A stretch of DNA of 64,000 nt from an uncultured Gammaproteobacteria bacterium (GCA_963748215.1 CAVVHS010000009.1:288001-352000), one strand, 5' to 3'. Shown: positions 1 to 15,520, numbered from the stretch's first letter. Program-made: numbers and translations. The notes: generated from the sequence alone by a model not told the origin.

Positions 1-1306
<1,306 letters not shown>

Positions 1307-1316
1307 TAGAATAATA

Positions 1317-1541
1317 GCCACGGAATCCACGGAAGAACACGGAAGGCTAAACGCACCCTGTGGCCACGGTTTGCTGCTGTGCCAGCATATTGGGTAGGGT
1401 GCGTTTTACGCACCGGGAATGGTGCACGAAGTGCACCCTACGGGCTTAATAGCCACGCAATGACACGGAAAATACAATCATCGCAGGCGTAGGGCGCGTT
1501 TCATGCACCATTCATTGCTCCCTTGTTGCGTCGCACCCTAC
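1317..1541. repeat. Intergenic cluster of GTAG-type REP palindromes and GCCACGGAA-type short repeats
   Basis: GTAGGGTGCGTTTTACGCACC...GGTGCACGAAGTGCACCCTAC inverted pair (~1393-1441); GCCACGGAATCCACGGAAGAACACGGAA at 1317; same motifs recur at ~9957-10000, 16819-16867 and 19626-20038. Confidence 0.8.
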
Positions 1542-2365
1542 ACCCGGTACAGCAGCCGGTCGAGCAGCCGCGTCGACAGCACGCGCTTGAGTGTGCCGAA
1601 CAGGTAGGTCGGAAACGTCACGTAGTAGCGCGGGCGCGGGCGCGGACTTTCGATGGCATGCACGAGTTTCTTCAGTACCGCCCCGGGTGGCAGGGTAAAC
1701 GACACTGCCGGACCTTCCTTCGCCAGGCGCTGTTCCATGTGCTCATAGGCGGCGCGATGCACACTGTGCGCCGCGTCGATATTGCGCCGGTAGGCGAGCA
1801 GTGCATTTGCCCGGAAACGGCTTTCTATCGGTCCGGGTTCGATCAGCGACGCGTGGATGCCGCTGCCGCGCAGTTCCAGCCGCAGGGTATCGGCCAGCCC
1901 CTCGATGGCATACTTGCTGGCGTTGTACGCGCCACGGTAGCGCAGCGCGACAAAGCCCAGCACCGAGCTGTTGAAGACGATGCGGCCGTGACCCTGGCCG
2001 CGCATCACCGACAGCGCGCGCCGGGTCAGTTCATGCCAGCCGAGCACGTTGGTCTCGAACTGCTCTCGCAGTGCCTCGCGTGTCAGGTCTTCCACCGCGC
2101 CGGGCTGGCCGTAGGCGCCGTTGTTGAACAGGGCATCGAGCCGGCCGCCGCTGCGTGACAGGATTTCATCGACGGCGGCGTTGAGCGAGGCGGGGTCCGC
2201 CAGGTCGAGCGGCAGGCTTTCCAGCCCCTCGGCGGCCAGTCGCTTCACGTCGGCCGGACGGCGTGCGGTGGCAAACACCCGCCAGCCGCGCGCCTTGAGT
2301 CCGTGCGCGCAGCACAGTCCGATACCCGATGAACAGCCGGTGATCAGGATGGATCGCTCTTGCAT
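1538..2365 (-). CDS. Short-chain dehydrogenase/reductase (YbbO-like)
   Basis: ITGCSSGIG Rossmann motif, NNGAYG, YNASK catalytic YxxxK. Confidence 0.9.
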   Translation of the reverse strand: MQERSILITGCSSGIGLCCAHGLKARGWRVFATARRPADVKRLAAEGLESLPLDLADPASLNAAVDEILSRSGGRLDALFNNGAYGQPGAVEDLTREALREQFETNVLGWHELTRRALSVMRGQGHGRIVFNSSVLGFVALRYRGAYNASKYAIEGLADTLRLELRGSGIHASLIEPGPIESRFRANALLAYRRNIDAAHSVHRAAYEHMEQRLAKEGPAVSFTLPPGAVLKKLVHAIESPRPRPRYYVTFPTYLFGTLKRVLSTRLLDRLLYRV

Positions 2366-2567
2366 GATTAAACCTGCCGGGTTGCTGTTACAGGCGACTG
2401 ATTATCCAGAAATTTGTCAGCCGCGCGAGGGGATGGGCGTGCAGGCCGTCGCTGAGGGTTAACCGAAAAACTTGTCTGCAAGGTGCGCATTCCTTAGTAT
2501 CTCCGCGTTATTCATAAAGAATCATCCGCCGCATACGGATGGCCATGCACATTCAGGAGGGGAGTTA

Positions 2568-3161
2568 ATGAACAACAAACGATTGTCAGCCATGCTGGCG
2601 GGTGTACTGTTCGCCGCCGTTGCCCAGCAGGCAACAGCTGCCAAGGGTCCGGAGTACAGCTACGCCGAAATCGGCTACGTCAATATCAATGGTGACCTGA
2701 TCGAAGGCGATGGCGCCGGCGTGAATATCTCCTTTGGTGCGACGGACCACATCTTCCTCAAGTTCGGTTATTCCCGGCTGTGGCTGGAAGCATCCACTCC
2801 TCCTTCTGTCGATTTTGACGCCGACCGCTTTCAGATCGGCGGCGGCATGCACTACGGCATCACCGACACCATCGATGTGCTCGGTGCCATCAGCTACGTC
2901 GATATCGAGTACTCGAATGGCGTACCGGCCGAGGCCGATGACGGCTACCTGGCCGAGCTCGGTGTGCGTGCCATGCTGAGCAAAAAACTGGAGCTGAACG
3001 CCACCGTCTCCGCCCTGCATATCGACGGCGATAATGACACCGGCTACGGCGTCGGTGCCGTGTTTGACATCACCAAGACCTTTGCGCTGAGCGGCAGCTA
3101 CAATTACTTCCAGGACGACAGCGACAACCAGTTCTTCGTCGGCGTGCGCATGGGGTTCTAG
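2568..3161 (+). CDS. Outer-membrane beta-barrel protein
   Basis: RBS AGGAGG before ATG 2568, signal peptide, alternating amphipathic strands, C-terminal Phe (VGVRMGF). Confidence 0.8.
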   Translation: MNNKRLSAMLAGVLFAAVAQQATAAKGPEYSYAEIGYVNINGDLIEGDGAGVNISFGATDHIFLKFGYSRLWLEASTPPSVDFDADRFQIGGGMHYGITDTIDVLGAISYVDIEYSNGVPAEADDGYLAELGVRAMLSKKLELNATVSALHIDGDNDTGYGVGAVFDITKTFALSGSYNYFQDDSDNQFFVGVRMGF

Positions 3162-3173
3162 CCCGCATTATCC

Positions 3174-3203
3174 GGAACCCGCCGTCCGGCGGGTTCCTTG
3201 TTT
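3174..3203 (+). terminator. Probable rho-independent terminator between convergent genes
   Basis: GGAACCCGCCG-TC-CGGCGGGTTCC hairpin followed by TTGTTT. Confidence 0.7.
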
Positions 3204-3223
3204 CCGGCCCGCGGAAAAACACT

Positions 3224-5042
3224 TCAGACGGAATCCGTCACCTGCGCCGTTGCCAGTTCGCGCTGTTCCTCCTGCTGCAGTGCCCAGAGCTTCGCGTAGA
3301 TGCCGTTGTGCGCCAGCAGCGCCTGGTGCACGCCGGACTCGATGATGCGCCCCGCCTCCATGACCAGGATGTGGTCGGCATCGACGATGGTCGACAGGCG
3401 ATGCGCGATCACCAGGCTGGTGTGATGTGCGGCCGCCTCGCGCAACGCGTCCAGGATGAGCTGTTCGGACTGCGAGTCCAGGCTCGAGGTGGCCTCGTCG
3501 AACACCAGGATGCGCGGGTTCTTCAAGACGGCGCGCGCAATGGCGACACGCTGCTTTTCGCCGCCGGACAGTTTCAGGCCGCGTTCGCCGACCACCGTCT
3601 CGTAGCCCTCTGGCAGGGTGGTGATGAATTCATGCAGGTTGGCCAGGCGCGCGGCCTGCTGCACCTGTTCGCACCGTTGCCCCCGGATGCGCATAGGCGA
3701 TGTTGTAATACAGCGATTCGTTGAACAGCACCGTGTCCTGCGGCACGATGCCGATAGTGCGACGCAGGCTGTCCTGGCTGACCTCGCGGATGTCCTGGCC
3801 GTTGATCAGGATGCGTCCCTGCGTGATGTCGTAGAAGCGGAACAGCAGGCGCGCAAGGGTCGACTTGCCGGCGCCGCTCGGCCCGACGATGGCCACTTTC
3901 TGGCCCGGCTGCACGGTAAAGCTGATGTTGTGCAGGATCGGGCGCGCCGGTTCGTAGGCGAACGACACCTGCTCGAAGCGGATCTCCCCCGTGCCGGCAT
4001 CCAGCGCGGGCGCGTCCGGCCGGTCGGTGATCTCCGGGGTGCGCTCCAGTACCTCGAACATCAGGTGCATGTCGGCGAGCGCGTGTTTCAGCTGGCTGTA
4101 GACCACGCCGAGGAAACCGAGCGGGATGAACAGCTGCAGCAGGAAGGCATTCACCAGCACCAGGTCGCCCAGCGTCATGGTGCCGGCAACCACGCCCTGC
4201 GCGGCCAGCATCATGATCAGCGTGACGCCCGAGGCGATGATCGCCGACTGGCCGAAGTTCAGCGCCGACAGCGAGGTCTGGCTCTTCACGGCCGATTCCT
4301 CCCAGCTCTGCAGGCTGTCGTTGTAGCGCCGCAGCTCGTAATCCTCGTTGCCGAAGTACTTCACGGTTTCGTAATTCAGCAGGCTGTCGATGGCCTGGGT
4401 ATTGGCCTTCGAGTCGAAGGCATTCATGCTGACGCGGTACTTCATGCGCCATTCGGTGATGTACATGGTGAACGCGATGTAGAGGACCACGGCGACGAAG
4501 GTGACCACGGCGAACCAGACGTCATAGCGCGTCAACAGGATGCCGGCGATGAGGGTGATCTCGACCAGCGTGGGCAGGATGCTGAACACCATGTAGTTCA
4601 TCAGCGAGCTGACACTGCGCGTGCCGCGCTCGATGTCGCGCGACAGGCCGCCGGTCTTGCGTTCCAGGTGAAAACGCAGCGACAGGCGGTGCAGGTGTTC
4701 CAGCACCTTGAGCGAGACCTGGCGCATGGCGCCGTGGCGTACGCGTGCGAACACGGAATCGCGCAGCTCGTTGAACAGCGAGCTGGTCAGCTTGAGGGCG
4801 CCATAACCGAGCAGCAGGGCCAGCGGCAGCACCAGCACCTCGGTCTTGCCCACGTCCAGCCTGTCGACGATGCCCTTCAGCACCAGCGGCACGCCGACAT
4901 TGGCGACCTTGGCCAGCACCAGGAAGGCGAGCGCCAGCAGCACGCGGCCGCGGTAGGTCCACAGGAACGGCGCCAGCGAGCGCAGCGTCCGGATATCATA
5001 GCCGGCGCTGCCGGGCATGTCGGTGGGGCGGTGGATTTGCAT
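3224..5042 (-). CDS. ABCB-type (Atm1/HMT1-like) ABC exporter, fused TMD-NBD; apparent frameshift near 3670
   Basis: LHRLSLRFHLERKTGG, DSLLNYETVKYF, Walker A GPSGAGKS in ORF 3630-5069; LSGGEKQR and DEATSSLD in ORF 3224-3694. Confidence 0.9.
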
Positions 5043-5210
5043 GGTGTGCCGGGCCTGTGAGCGGAACACACTATTCTCACAGAATCGGCAGGCAGGCGGT
5101 ACCGTGGTTCAGTCCGGCGCGCGGCGGTCCGGGCCATGGCGCTGTTTTCAGGCCGCCTGGCCTGTATAATGCGCCGGCCTGGAAATCAGGCCGAATGACG
5201 GGAATTATGC

Positions 5211-5516
5211 ATGCCAATCTATGAATATCAGTGCACTGCCTGCGGGCACACCTTCGACACCCTGCGGAAGATCAGCGAGCCGCCCCTGACGCGCTGCCCC
5301 GAATGCGGGGCAGAGGCGCTGAAAAAACTGATCTCGCCCAGCGCCTTCCGCCTCAAGGGCGGTGGCTGGTACGAGACCGACTTCAAGACCGGCACCAAGA
5401 AGAACGTCGCCGGTGGCGACAAGCCCGCCAAGAGTGGTTCCGACAAGCCCGCCAAGAGTGGTTCAGACAAGCCGGCCGCGACCGGCTCCGGAGACACCTC
5501 CAAGCCCAAAAAGTGA
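5211..5516 (+). CDS. FmdB-family zinc-ribbon regulatory protein
   Basis: [12 protein letters not shown]...CPECG...[13 protein letters not shown]; typically upstream of aspS. Confidence 0.9.
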   Translation: MPIYEYQCTACGHTFDTLRKISEPPLTRCPECGAEALKKLISPSAFRLKGGGWYETDFKTGTKKNVAGGDKPAKSGSDKPAKSGSDKPAATGSGDTSKPKK

Positions 5517-5598
5517 GTCGGATCAGTCTGATATTGCGCCTCCTCGCGCAACCCCGTACCATTTCACGCTTTCCAACGCCCTCGACCGGAATCCAGCC

Positions 5599-7380
<1,782 letters not shown>

Positions 7381-7596
7381 TCGGACAGACGGCGCGGGAT
7401 GTTTCGTCCCGTGTCGGCAACGGAGAGTCTGATGTGTTGCGGTGAGATCCATGCCCAGCAGGTTGTGACCAGCAGGCGGATGCATCGGAGCATGCACTTG
7501 CTGCAAATCCACTCAATGTCTGCGGGGCGGTAGCAGTGCAGCCGGGTTGCATGGCGGTACTGACCCCGGGGCCACTCGCAGGCGGAGAAGAAGCGC

Positions 7597-8943
7597 ATGA
7601 ATAAGAATATTTTACTGCTGCTGGGCGTGACGGTCCTGACCCTGCTGGTCGCGCTGGGGCTGATTCGCCAGCTGGCGCCGGGTCTGCTGGGCGGACCGAC
7701 GGACCTGCAGCTGGTGCAGCTCGATGAGCGGGTGCCCCCGTTCTTCGAGGGCGTGTTCCGCGAAGAGCACGCCAGCAGCCAGGAGTTTCTCCTCAAGGAC
7801 CCGCTGACGCGGGTGCGGGCACGGCCGTTTTACCCGCCCGAGCCGGCTATCGGCCCGAATGATTTGCTGGGGTTCCGCAATGCAGCGGTACCGGTGGCGG
7901 CGGATATCGTGACCATCGGCGACAGCATGACCTACGGCAATAACGCGCCCATGCAGGAGAACTGGCCAGCCTGGATGCAGTCCGCGCTGCAACGCGAGGA
8001 CGTGAATGTCTACAACATGTCAACCGGCGGCTGGGCGGCAGTCCAGTACCTGGACATGCTCGGCCATGCGGCATCGTTTCGTCCCTACCTCGTGGTGGTC
8101 GCGTTCTACACCGGCAATGATCCGCTCGAATCCCTGCAGCTGGTGAACGGCAACGAGAACTGGCGCTGGCTGAAGGCACGCGCCGGCATCGCTGACGGGG
8201 TTTCGTTGCAGGGGTTACCTACGTTTTCGCTGGATGCCCCCGTGGAGGAACAATGGCCGGTGACCTTCAGCGATGGTGTTGCGACTGTGTTCACGCCGCA
8301 ATATCGGTTGATATCCAACACTGATCACCCGGGCGTCGATGCCGGCTATGCACTCATGGCAACAGCAGGCCGGATGATCGCTGAGCAGGCAAAACAACTG
8401 GGCATACAGCCGGTATTCACCATCATCCCCACCAAGGAACTGGCTTATGCGGACAAGGTGAGCGCGGAGGGTCTCGAGGCTCCGGAGCCCTACCGTGCGC
8501 TGGTCGACGCAGAGTCCGGCCGGGTTGCGGCGCTGGCCGCACAGTTGCAGGCCATCGACGGGGCGCGTTACGTGGACGTGGTGAGCACGCTGCAACGCGC
8601 GGCATTGGGCAACTCGGCACTTTACCCGAATGACATCAACGGTCATCCACTGGCGGCCGGCTACAAGGTAATCGGCGACAGCATTGCCGCGGCCATAACC
8701 GGTCTGGTGCCGGAACCGGCCAGCGGCCTGTATGCATTCGCCAAAGACAGTGAAATCTTTCTGGCCCTGGTGAACGACGAGGGTCTCTGGTACTTCCAGT
8801 CGGAGGCGGTTATCGAACAGAACGGCTGGCCGGAGGGTGAAGTACCCATGGTCAGTCCGCGCCAGCTGTTGCGCCTGCCGTTCAAGGGCGTAATCGACCG
8901 GGTCGATCCGCAGCGCTTTGGCCCGGCGTGTTGCCAGGGCTAG
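7597..8943 (+). CDS. Membrane-anchored SGNH/GDSL hydrolase-like protein
   Basis: N-terminal TM helix, IGDSMTYG block I, GND block III, DINGHP block V. Confidence 0.75.
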   Translation: MNKNILLLLGVTVLTLLVALGLIRQLAPGLLGGPTDLQLVQLDERVPPFFEGVFREEHASSQEFLLKDPLTRVRARPFYPPEPAIGPNDLLGFRNAAVPVAADIVTIGDSMTYGNNAPMQENWPAWMQSALQREDVNVYNMSTGGWAAVQYLDMLGHAASFRPYLVVVAFYTGNDPLESLQLVNGNENWRWLKARAGIADGVSLQGLPTFSLDAPVEEQWPVTFSDGVATVFTPQYRLISNTDHPGVDAGYALMATAGRMIAEQAKQLGIQPVFTIIPTKELAYADKVSAEGLEAPEPYRALVDAESGRVAALAAQLQAIDGARYVDVVSTLQRAALGNSALYPNDINGHPLAAGYKVIGDSIAAAITGLVPEPASGLYAFAKDSEIFLALVNDEGLWYFQSEAVIEQNGWPEGEVPMVSPRQLLRLPFKGVIDRVDPQRFGPACCQG

Positions 8944-9128
8944 CCCGCATTCCTCACCGGGCGGCAGTAGACTCGCGTAATGAACTGAAATCATGAAAGT
9001 GATGCCCATTCAGCAACAAACAGTGTATCGCCGGGCGGCGGGAGAAGCAGGAGACAAGCGTGTTAATTCCGCCGGGCTGCACGCAATGCTAGAATCCCGC
9101 GATATTGCATTTACGAGGTAGCAGCACC

Positions 9129-9875
9129 ATGGCAGGACACAGTAAATGGGCAAACATCCAGCACCGTAAAAATGCCCAGGACGCCAAGCGCGGCAAGCTG
9201 TTCACCAAGCTGATCCGCGAAATCACCGTCGCCGCGCGCATGGGCGATCCGGACCCGGCGTCCAACCCGCGTCTGCGCATGGCGGTGGACAAGGCGCTTA
9301 CCGCCAACATGACCAAGGACACCATCGAGCGCGCCATCAAGCGCGGCTCGGGTGCCGCGGAAGGTGACAATTTCGAAGAGGTGCGCTACGAGGGTTACGG
9401 TCCCGGCGGCGTCGCGGTCATGGTCGACTGCATGACCGACAACCGCAACCGTACCGTGGCCGAGGTGCGCCATGCCTTCAGCAAGGACGGCGGCAATCTC
9501 GGCACCGACGGCTCGGTGGCCTACCAGTTCGCCAAGACCGGTGTGCTGAGCTACCCCAGGGGCACCGACGAGGAAAGTCTCATGGAGGCCGCGCTGGAGG
9601 CGGGTGCCGACGACGTGCGCGGCAACGACGACGGGTCCTTCGACGTGCTGACGCAGCCGGAACAGTTCATCGACGTGCGCGATGCCATGGTCGCCGCCGG
9701 GCTGGAACCCGAACAGGCCGAGGTCACCATGCGCGCCGACAATACCGTCGCGCTGGATCTGGATAATGCGGAAAAGATGGTGCGCATGCTGGAGCGTCTG
9801 GAAGACCTCGATGACGTGCAGGATGTCTATTCCAACGCGGACATCGCCGAGGACATCCTGGCACAGCTGGCCTGA
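9129..9875 (+). CDS. yebC: YebC/PmpR-family protein
   Basis: [29 protein letters not shown]. Confidence 0.96.
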   Translation: MAGHSKWANIQHRKNAQDAKRGKLFTKLIREITVAARMGDPDPASNPRLRMAVDKALTANMTKDTIERAIKRGSGAAEGDNFEEVRYEGYGPGGVAVMVDCMTDNRNRTVAEVRHAFSKDGGNLGTDGSVAYQFAKTGVLSYPRGTDEESLMEAALEAGADDVRGNDDGSFDVLTQPEQFIDVRDAMVAAGLEPEQAEVTMRADNTVALDLDNAEKMVRMLERLEDLDDVQDVYSNADIAEDILAQLA

Positions 9876-9956
9876 GCGGTTTTCGGTACCGTGACCGAGC
9901 GGGACGCGCCTCGCTGGCAAGTCGGTATCCGGTTGCAATAAATGAAACAAGGAAAT

Positions 9957-10336
9957 GGCCACGGAAGCACACGGAAGAGTGTAGGGCGCACCCGGTGCAC
10001 CATTGCGTGAGCGTGAGACGTGAGACGTGAGACGTGAAAGGTGAATTGTGTTCACGTTGGGATCATTGTTGCAGGAGCGCATCTCATGCGCGAATGGGTG
10101 TGCGAAATTCGTTCGCGGACAGCATCAGCTCCTACACCTTCACGCGCGGGCATGGTCGCCTCGGGCTTCCTGCCCTCGCGCGACACTCGCACATGGCCCA
10201 GGCCAGCCTCTCGACCCGGGCTATGCCCGTAAAAACGGTCTCACCTTCTCCCTGTACTTCTCGCGGTAGACGCCAGCCAAGGAACCATACGGAAAGGGTT
10301 TTATTTTTCCGTGTTCTTCCGTGTTCTTCCGTGGCC
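9957..10336. repeat. Intergenic mosaic of short repeats (GCCACGGAA, GTAG-REP, CGTGAGA heptamer tandem)
   Basis: CGTGAGACGTGAGACGTGAGACGTGA ~10012-10037; GCAGGAGCGC...GCTCCTAC REP-like pair 10071-10135; TTCCGTGTTCTTCCGTGTTCTTCCGTGGC ~10307-10335. Confidence 0.7.
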
Positions 10337-10452
10337 ATTACGGGGTGTTACACCGATAGACGACATTTATCCAGCGCGGGCATGCAGGCTGTTATATGAT
10401 GTTTGCCACTTGTTTTCGCAAGCCGCAATCAACGGAGGCATGACCGCCACAC

Positions 10453-10968
10453 ATGACGCGTATCCTCGGCATCGACCCGGGCTCCCGGGTCACCGGCTAC
10501 GGCATCGTCGACCAGGACGGGCAGCGCCTCGCTTACGTGGCCAGCGGCTGCATTCGCGTGCGCGGTGATACGCTGGCGGAACGGCTCGGCATCATCCTGT
10601 CCGGCGTCGGCGACATCATCGGCGAATACCGGCCCGACGAAATGGCCATCGAATGCGTGTTCATCAGCAAGAACGCCGATTCCGCGCTCAAGCTCGGCCA
10701 GGCGCGCGGTGCGGCGATCTGCGCCGCGGTGCAACAGGACATTCCCGTCGACGAATACGCCGCGCGCGCGATCAAGCAGGCCGTGACCGGCACCGGTGCG
10801 GCCACCAAGGAACAGGTGCAGCACATGATATGCGTGCTGCTGGCTCTGCGCGGCAAGCCGCCCAGCGACGCCGCCGACGCGCTCGGCATCGCCGTGTGCC
10901 ACGGTCATCACCGTGAAACGCGCCGCCGCATGCAGGCCATGCAGCCGGCGCGCGAGGCTCGCACGTGA
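10453..10968 (+). CDS. ruvC: Holliday junction resolvase RuvC
   Basis: [35 protein letters not shown]. Confidence 0.96.
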   Translation: MTRILGIDPGSRVTGYGIVDQDGQRLAYVASGCIRVRGDTLAERLGIILSGVGDIIGEYRPDEMAIECVFISKNADSALKLGQARGAAICAAVQQDIPVDEYAARAIKQAVTGTGAATKEQVQHMICVLLALRGKPPSDAADALGIAVCHGHHRETRRRMQAMQPAREART

Positions 10969-11561
10969 TCGGCCTGCTGCGCGGCCGCCTGCTCGACAAG
11001 CAGCCGCCGACGCTGCTGCTCGATGTGCAGGGCGTCGGCTACGAGGTCGACGTGCCCATGACCACCTTCTACGACCTGCCTGCCGTCGGCCACGACATCA
11101 CGCTCTACACCCACCTGGCGGTGCGCGAGGACGCGCACACCCTGTACGGTTTCGTGCGCCTGTCCGACCGCACGCTGTTCCGGCACCTGCTCAAGGTCAA
11201 CGGCGTCGGCGCGCGGCTGGCGCTGGGCATCCTCTCCGGCATGGACGCCGGCCAGTTCACCGCCTGCGTGCAGGCCGGTGATACGGCTGCGCTGGTGCGA
11301 CTGCCCGGCATCGGCAAGAAGACCGCCGAGCGGCTCATCATCGAGCTGCGCGACCGGTTGACGGCCGAAGCCGGTACGGCCGCGGTGGCACCCGGCGCGG
11401 CCGGGACGTCCGCGTCCAGCCCGGTGGAGGATGCGGTCAGCGCGCTGGTCGGGCTCGGCTACAAGCCGCAGGAGGCCAGCCGCATGGTGCGCGCGATAAA
11501 CGCCATGGAATTGTCGTCTGAGGAGATTATCCGCCAGGCCCTGCAATCGATGGTGCAATAG
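10965..11561 (+). CDS. ruvA: Holliday junction branch migration protein RuvA
   Basis: MIGLLRG, GVGYEV, HhH motifs KVNGVG and [11 protein letters not shown]. Confidence 0.96.
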   Translation: MIGLLRGRLLDKQPPTLLLDVQGVGYEVDVPMTTFYDLPAVGHDITLYTHLAVREDAHTLYGFVRLSDRTLFRHLLKVNGVGARLALGILSGMDAGQFTACVQAGDTAALVRLPGIGKKTAERLIIELRDRLTAEAGTAAVAPGAAGTSASSPVEDAVSALVGLGYKPQEASRMVRAINAMELSSEEIIRQALQSMVQ

Positions 11562-11818
11562 CCCGCCTCTTGCACCAGTCGGCCACGTGCCTGCGGGATA
11601 TCATGTGAAAATGGGATAATAAGCAGCGATGGTCCATCGAAATCCAGGGTTACAGTTTGTAACGGCCCAAGGCCTATCCGGGCTCTGGCTGGTCCATGCA
11701 CGCCTGGACTTGCCCTTCACTCAAGGCATAGCTACGGCTATGCCTTTCGTTCCAGGGCGGCGTCCAGCCGCACCTGTCCTTCGCCAGCATCCCGGATACT
11801 GGTGCAAGAGGCGAGCTA
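11559..11818. mobile_element. MITE-like element (260 bp) with 21-bp terminal inverted repeats
   Basis: TAGCCCGCCTCTTGCACCAGT (11559-11579) vs ACTGGTGCAAGAGGCGAGCTA (11798-11818), one mismatch; internal hairpin GGCATAGC-TACG-GCTATGCC. Confidence 0.75.
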
Positions 11819-11857
11819 GCTTGATTACTGCCGCCGGCTCACAGACACTACTCGACC

Positions 11858-12922
<1,065 letters not shown>

Positions 12923-13088
12923 TCAACCGGATGTCGCTGTTCCCCGACAGCTTGACACGCTGCATGCATGCTAACACCATCACGCGACAGTGAATTTATC
13001 GTACCCGCCGTGGTCTCTACCCCGCATACAGCACCGGTTGCCGGAATGATGGCGCAAGATGCGGGTTAATGGTCAATGAGGAGAGCGA

Positions 13089-13487
13089 GTGGCCGGCTTT
13101 CAGTGGCGCGTGCGCGTCTATTACGAGGACACCGACAGCGGCGGCGTGGTCTACTACGCCAATTACCTGCGTTTCATGGAACGCAGCAGGACGGAGTGGA
13201 TGCGCACACTGGGTTTTGAGCAGGACCGGCTGCATGCCGAGCATGGCATCCTGTTTGCCGTGCGTTCCGCGCACATCGATTTTCGGCTGCCTGCGCGTTT
13301 CAACGAGCAGCTCGACGTGAGTGCCGAGGTCGTGCGGCGCGGCCGCGCCAGCCTGACGTTCCGGCAGGCCATAACGCGCATGGACGACGCGCAGCTGCTG
13401 TGCGACGCGCAGGTGAAAATCGCCTGCCTCGATGCGGATGCGTTCCGGCCCAGGCCGATACCGGATTTCATTTTGAAGGAGCTTTGA
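13089..13487 (+). CDS. ybgC: Tol-Pal-associated acyl-CoA thioesterase
   Basis: RVYYEDTDSGGVVYYANYL; precedes tolQ. Confidence 0.93.
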   Translation: MAGFQWRVRVYYEDTDSGGVVYYANYLRFMERSRTEWMRTLGFEQDRLHAEHGILFAVRSAHIDFRLPARFNEQLDVSAEVVRRGRASLTFRQAITRMDDAQLLCDAQVKIACLDADAFRPRPIPDFILKEL

Positions 13488-14195
13488 ATGGCGACGGACA
13501 TGTCGTTTTTCCACCTGATCATGGGTGCCAGCGTGGTCGTCAAGCTGGTCATGCTGCTGTTGCTGGGTGTGTCCATGGCGAGCTGGACCATGATCTTCCG
13601 GCGGCGCACGGCACTGAAGGCGGCGCAGGCCGCGGCGGATGAATTCGAGGACCGCTTCTGGTCGGGCGGCGACCTGTCCGCGCTGTACCGCGAGATCTCC
13701 TCCCGGCCCGTGGACGCTATCGGTATGGCCGGCATCTTCCAGGCCGGCTTCAGCGAGTTCGCGCGCCTGCGCAAGCAGACCGGCAGCGACGCGCGCAGCG
13801 TGGTGGAGGGCGCGCAGCGCGTCATGCGCGTGGTGCTGTCACGCGAGACCGACGACCTCGAGACGCACCTGTCGTTTCTCGCCACGGTCGGTTCCACCAG
13901 CCCCTATGTGGGCCTGTTCGGCACGGTGTGGGGCATCATGAATTCGTTCCGCGGACTCGGCAACGCGCAGCAGGCGACGCTGTCGATGGTTGCGCCCGGC
14001 ATCGCCGAGGCGCTGATCGCGACCGCCATGGGCCTGTTCGCCGCCATCCCCGCGGTGATCGCCTACAACCGCTACTCCAACGACGTGGAGCGGCTGATCA
14101 ACCGCTACGACAATTTTCTGGAAGAGTTCTCCACCATCCTGCAACGCCAGGTGCACGTACCGGCAGCAGAGGGTGGTCGCCGGATGACCGATTAA
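13488..14195 (+). CDS. tolQ: Tol-Pal protein TolQ
   Basis: LATVGSTSPYVGLFGTVWGIM, APGIAEALIATAMGLFAAIPA. Confidence 0.96.
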   Translation: MATDMSFFHLIMGASVVVKLVMLLLLGVSMASWTMIFRRRTALKAAQAAADEFEDRFWSGGDLSALYREISSRPVDAIGMAGIFQAGFSEFARLRKQTGSDARSVVEGAQRVMRVVLSRETDDLETHLSFLATVGSTSPYVGLFGTVWGIMNSFRGLGNAQQATLSMVAPGIAEALIATAMGLFAAIPAVIAYNRYSNDVERLINRYDNFLEEFSTILQRQVHVPAAEGGRRMTD

Positions 14196-14621
14196 ATGGC
14201 ACGACACCGCGTTCGCAAGAAGCCCATGGCCGATATCAACGTCGTGCCCTACATCGACGTGATGCTGGTGATGCTGGTCATTTTCATGGTGACCGCGCCG
14301 CTGCTCACCCAGGGCGTGAGCGTGGAGTTGCCACAGGCGGATGCCGAGCCGGTGCCGGACCCGGACAATGAACCGCTGGTGGTCAGCGTCGATGCCGCCG
14401 GCCGCCTGTACCTGAACGTGGGCGATGCGCCCGAGTCGCCGGTCGACGGCGCCACGCTGGTCAACAATATCTCGGCCGTGCTGCGCCGCCAGCCCGGCAA
14501 GAGTGTATTGATACGCGGCGATCACAGCGTGGATTACGGTGCGGTGGTTGGGGCGCTGGTGCTGCTGCAGCAGGCGGATATCCCCAAGGTCGGCCTGGTC
14601 ACGGAACCGCCGGAGCGTTGA
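14196..14621 (+). CDS. tolR: Tol-Pal protein TolR
   Basis: DINVVPYIDVMLVMLVIFMVTAP. Confidence 0.95.
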   Translation: MARHRVRKKPMADINVVPYIDVMLVMLVIFMVTAPLLTQGVSVELPQADAEPVPDPDNEPLVVSVDAAGRLYLNVGDAPESPVDGATLVNNISAVLRRQPGKSVLIRGDHSVDYGAVVGALVLLQQADIPKVGLVTEPPER

Positions 14622-14630
14622 TCGCAGTTT

Positions 14631-15506
14631 ATGTGGAAGGCGATACGCGAGAATCCACGCGCCGTGACCTATGCGGTGCTCATGCACCTGGTGTTGCTGG
14701 CATTGCTGGTGATTGGCCTGGACTGGACGCCGAAGGTGACGGCGCCGCCGGGTGTGAAGATACCGATCGAGGCCGAGCTGGTTACCGAGGACCCGCTCAG
14801 GCAGATCGAGCAGCGCAAGCAGGAAGAGCAGCGCAAACTCGACGAACAGCGCAAGCAGGAACGGCTCGCGCAGGAAAAGGCCGCCGCCGAGGCGAAACAG
14901 AAGGCGGAGACCGAGGCAAAGCAGAAAGCGGAGACCGAGGCAAAGCAGAAAGCGGAAGCCGAGGCAAAGCAGAAAGCGGAAGCCGCGGCGAAGCAGAAGG
15001 CCGAAACCGAGGCGAAACTGAAGGCCGCCGCCGAGGCGAAACAGAAGGCCGAGGCCGCGGCGAAACAGAAGGCCGAGGCAGAGGCGAAAAAGAAGGCGGC
15101 AGCCGAGGCAAAACAAAAGGCCGCTGCAGAGGCAAAACGCAAGGCCGAGGAAACGGCACGCCACGAGGCGGAGGCCGCGCTGCAGGCGCAGTTGCAGGAA
15201 GAGGCGGAACAGCGCCGCGCGCTGAGTGAGCTGGAGAAATTCGTGCCGTATATCCAGCAAAAGGTGCAGCGCAACTGGATCCGCCCGCCCGGCAGTCCCG
15301 AGGGACTGGTGTGCGTGGTGAACGTGCGCCTGATACCGGGCGGTGAAGTGGTCAGCGCCCGCGTGGTGCAGAGCAGCGGCGACCCGGTGTTCGACCGATC
15401 GGTGGAATCCGCGGTGCTGAAGGCATCGCCACTGCCCATGCCCGAGGATGCGACGCTGTTCAAACATTTCCGCGAAATCAATTTCAAATTCAATCCAGGA
15501 CGATAG
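14631..15506 (+). CDS. tolA: Tol-Pal protein TolA
   Basis: N-terminal TM with His, (A/E)AKQKA helical repeats, TonB-C-like domain [11 protein letters not shown]. Confidence 0.93.
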   Translation: MWKAIRENPRAVTYAVLMHLVLLALLVIGLDWTPKVTAPPGVKIPIEAELVTEDPLRQIEQRKQEEQRKLDEQRKQERLAQEKAAAEAKQKAETEAKQKAETEAKQKAEAEAKQKAEAAAKQKAETEAKLKAAAEAKQKAEAAAKQKAEAEAKKKAAAEAKQKAAAEAKRKAEETARHEAEAALQAQLQEEAEQRRALSELEKFVPYIQQKVQRNWIRPPGSPEGLVCVVNVRLIPGGEVVSARVVQSSGDPVFDRSVESAVLKASPLPMPEDATLFKHFREINFKFNPGR

Positions 15507-15520
15507 GAACCAAACCCATC

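Noticed and set aside
14870-15160. Tandem repeats in tolA (and the 24-bp repeats in the FmdB tail)
   Set aside because: Ordinary low-complexity coding repeats typical of these proteins.
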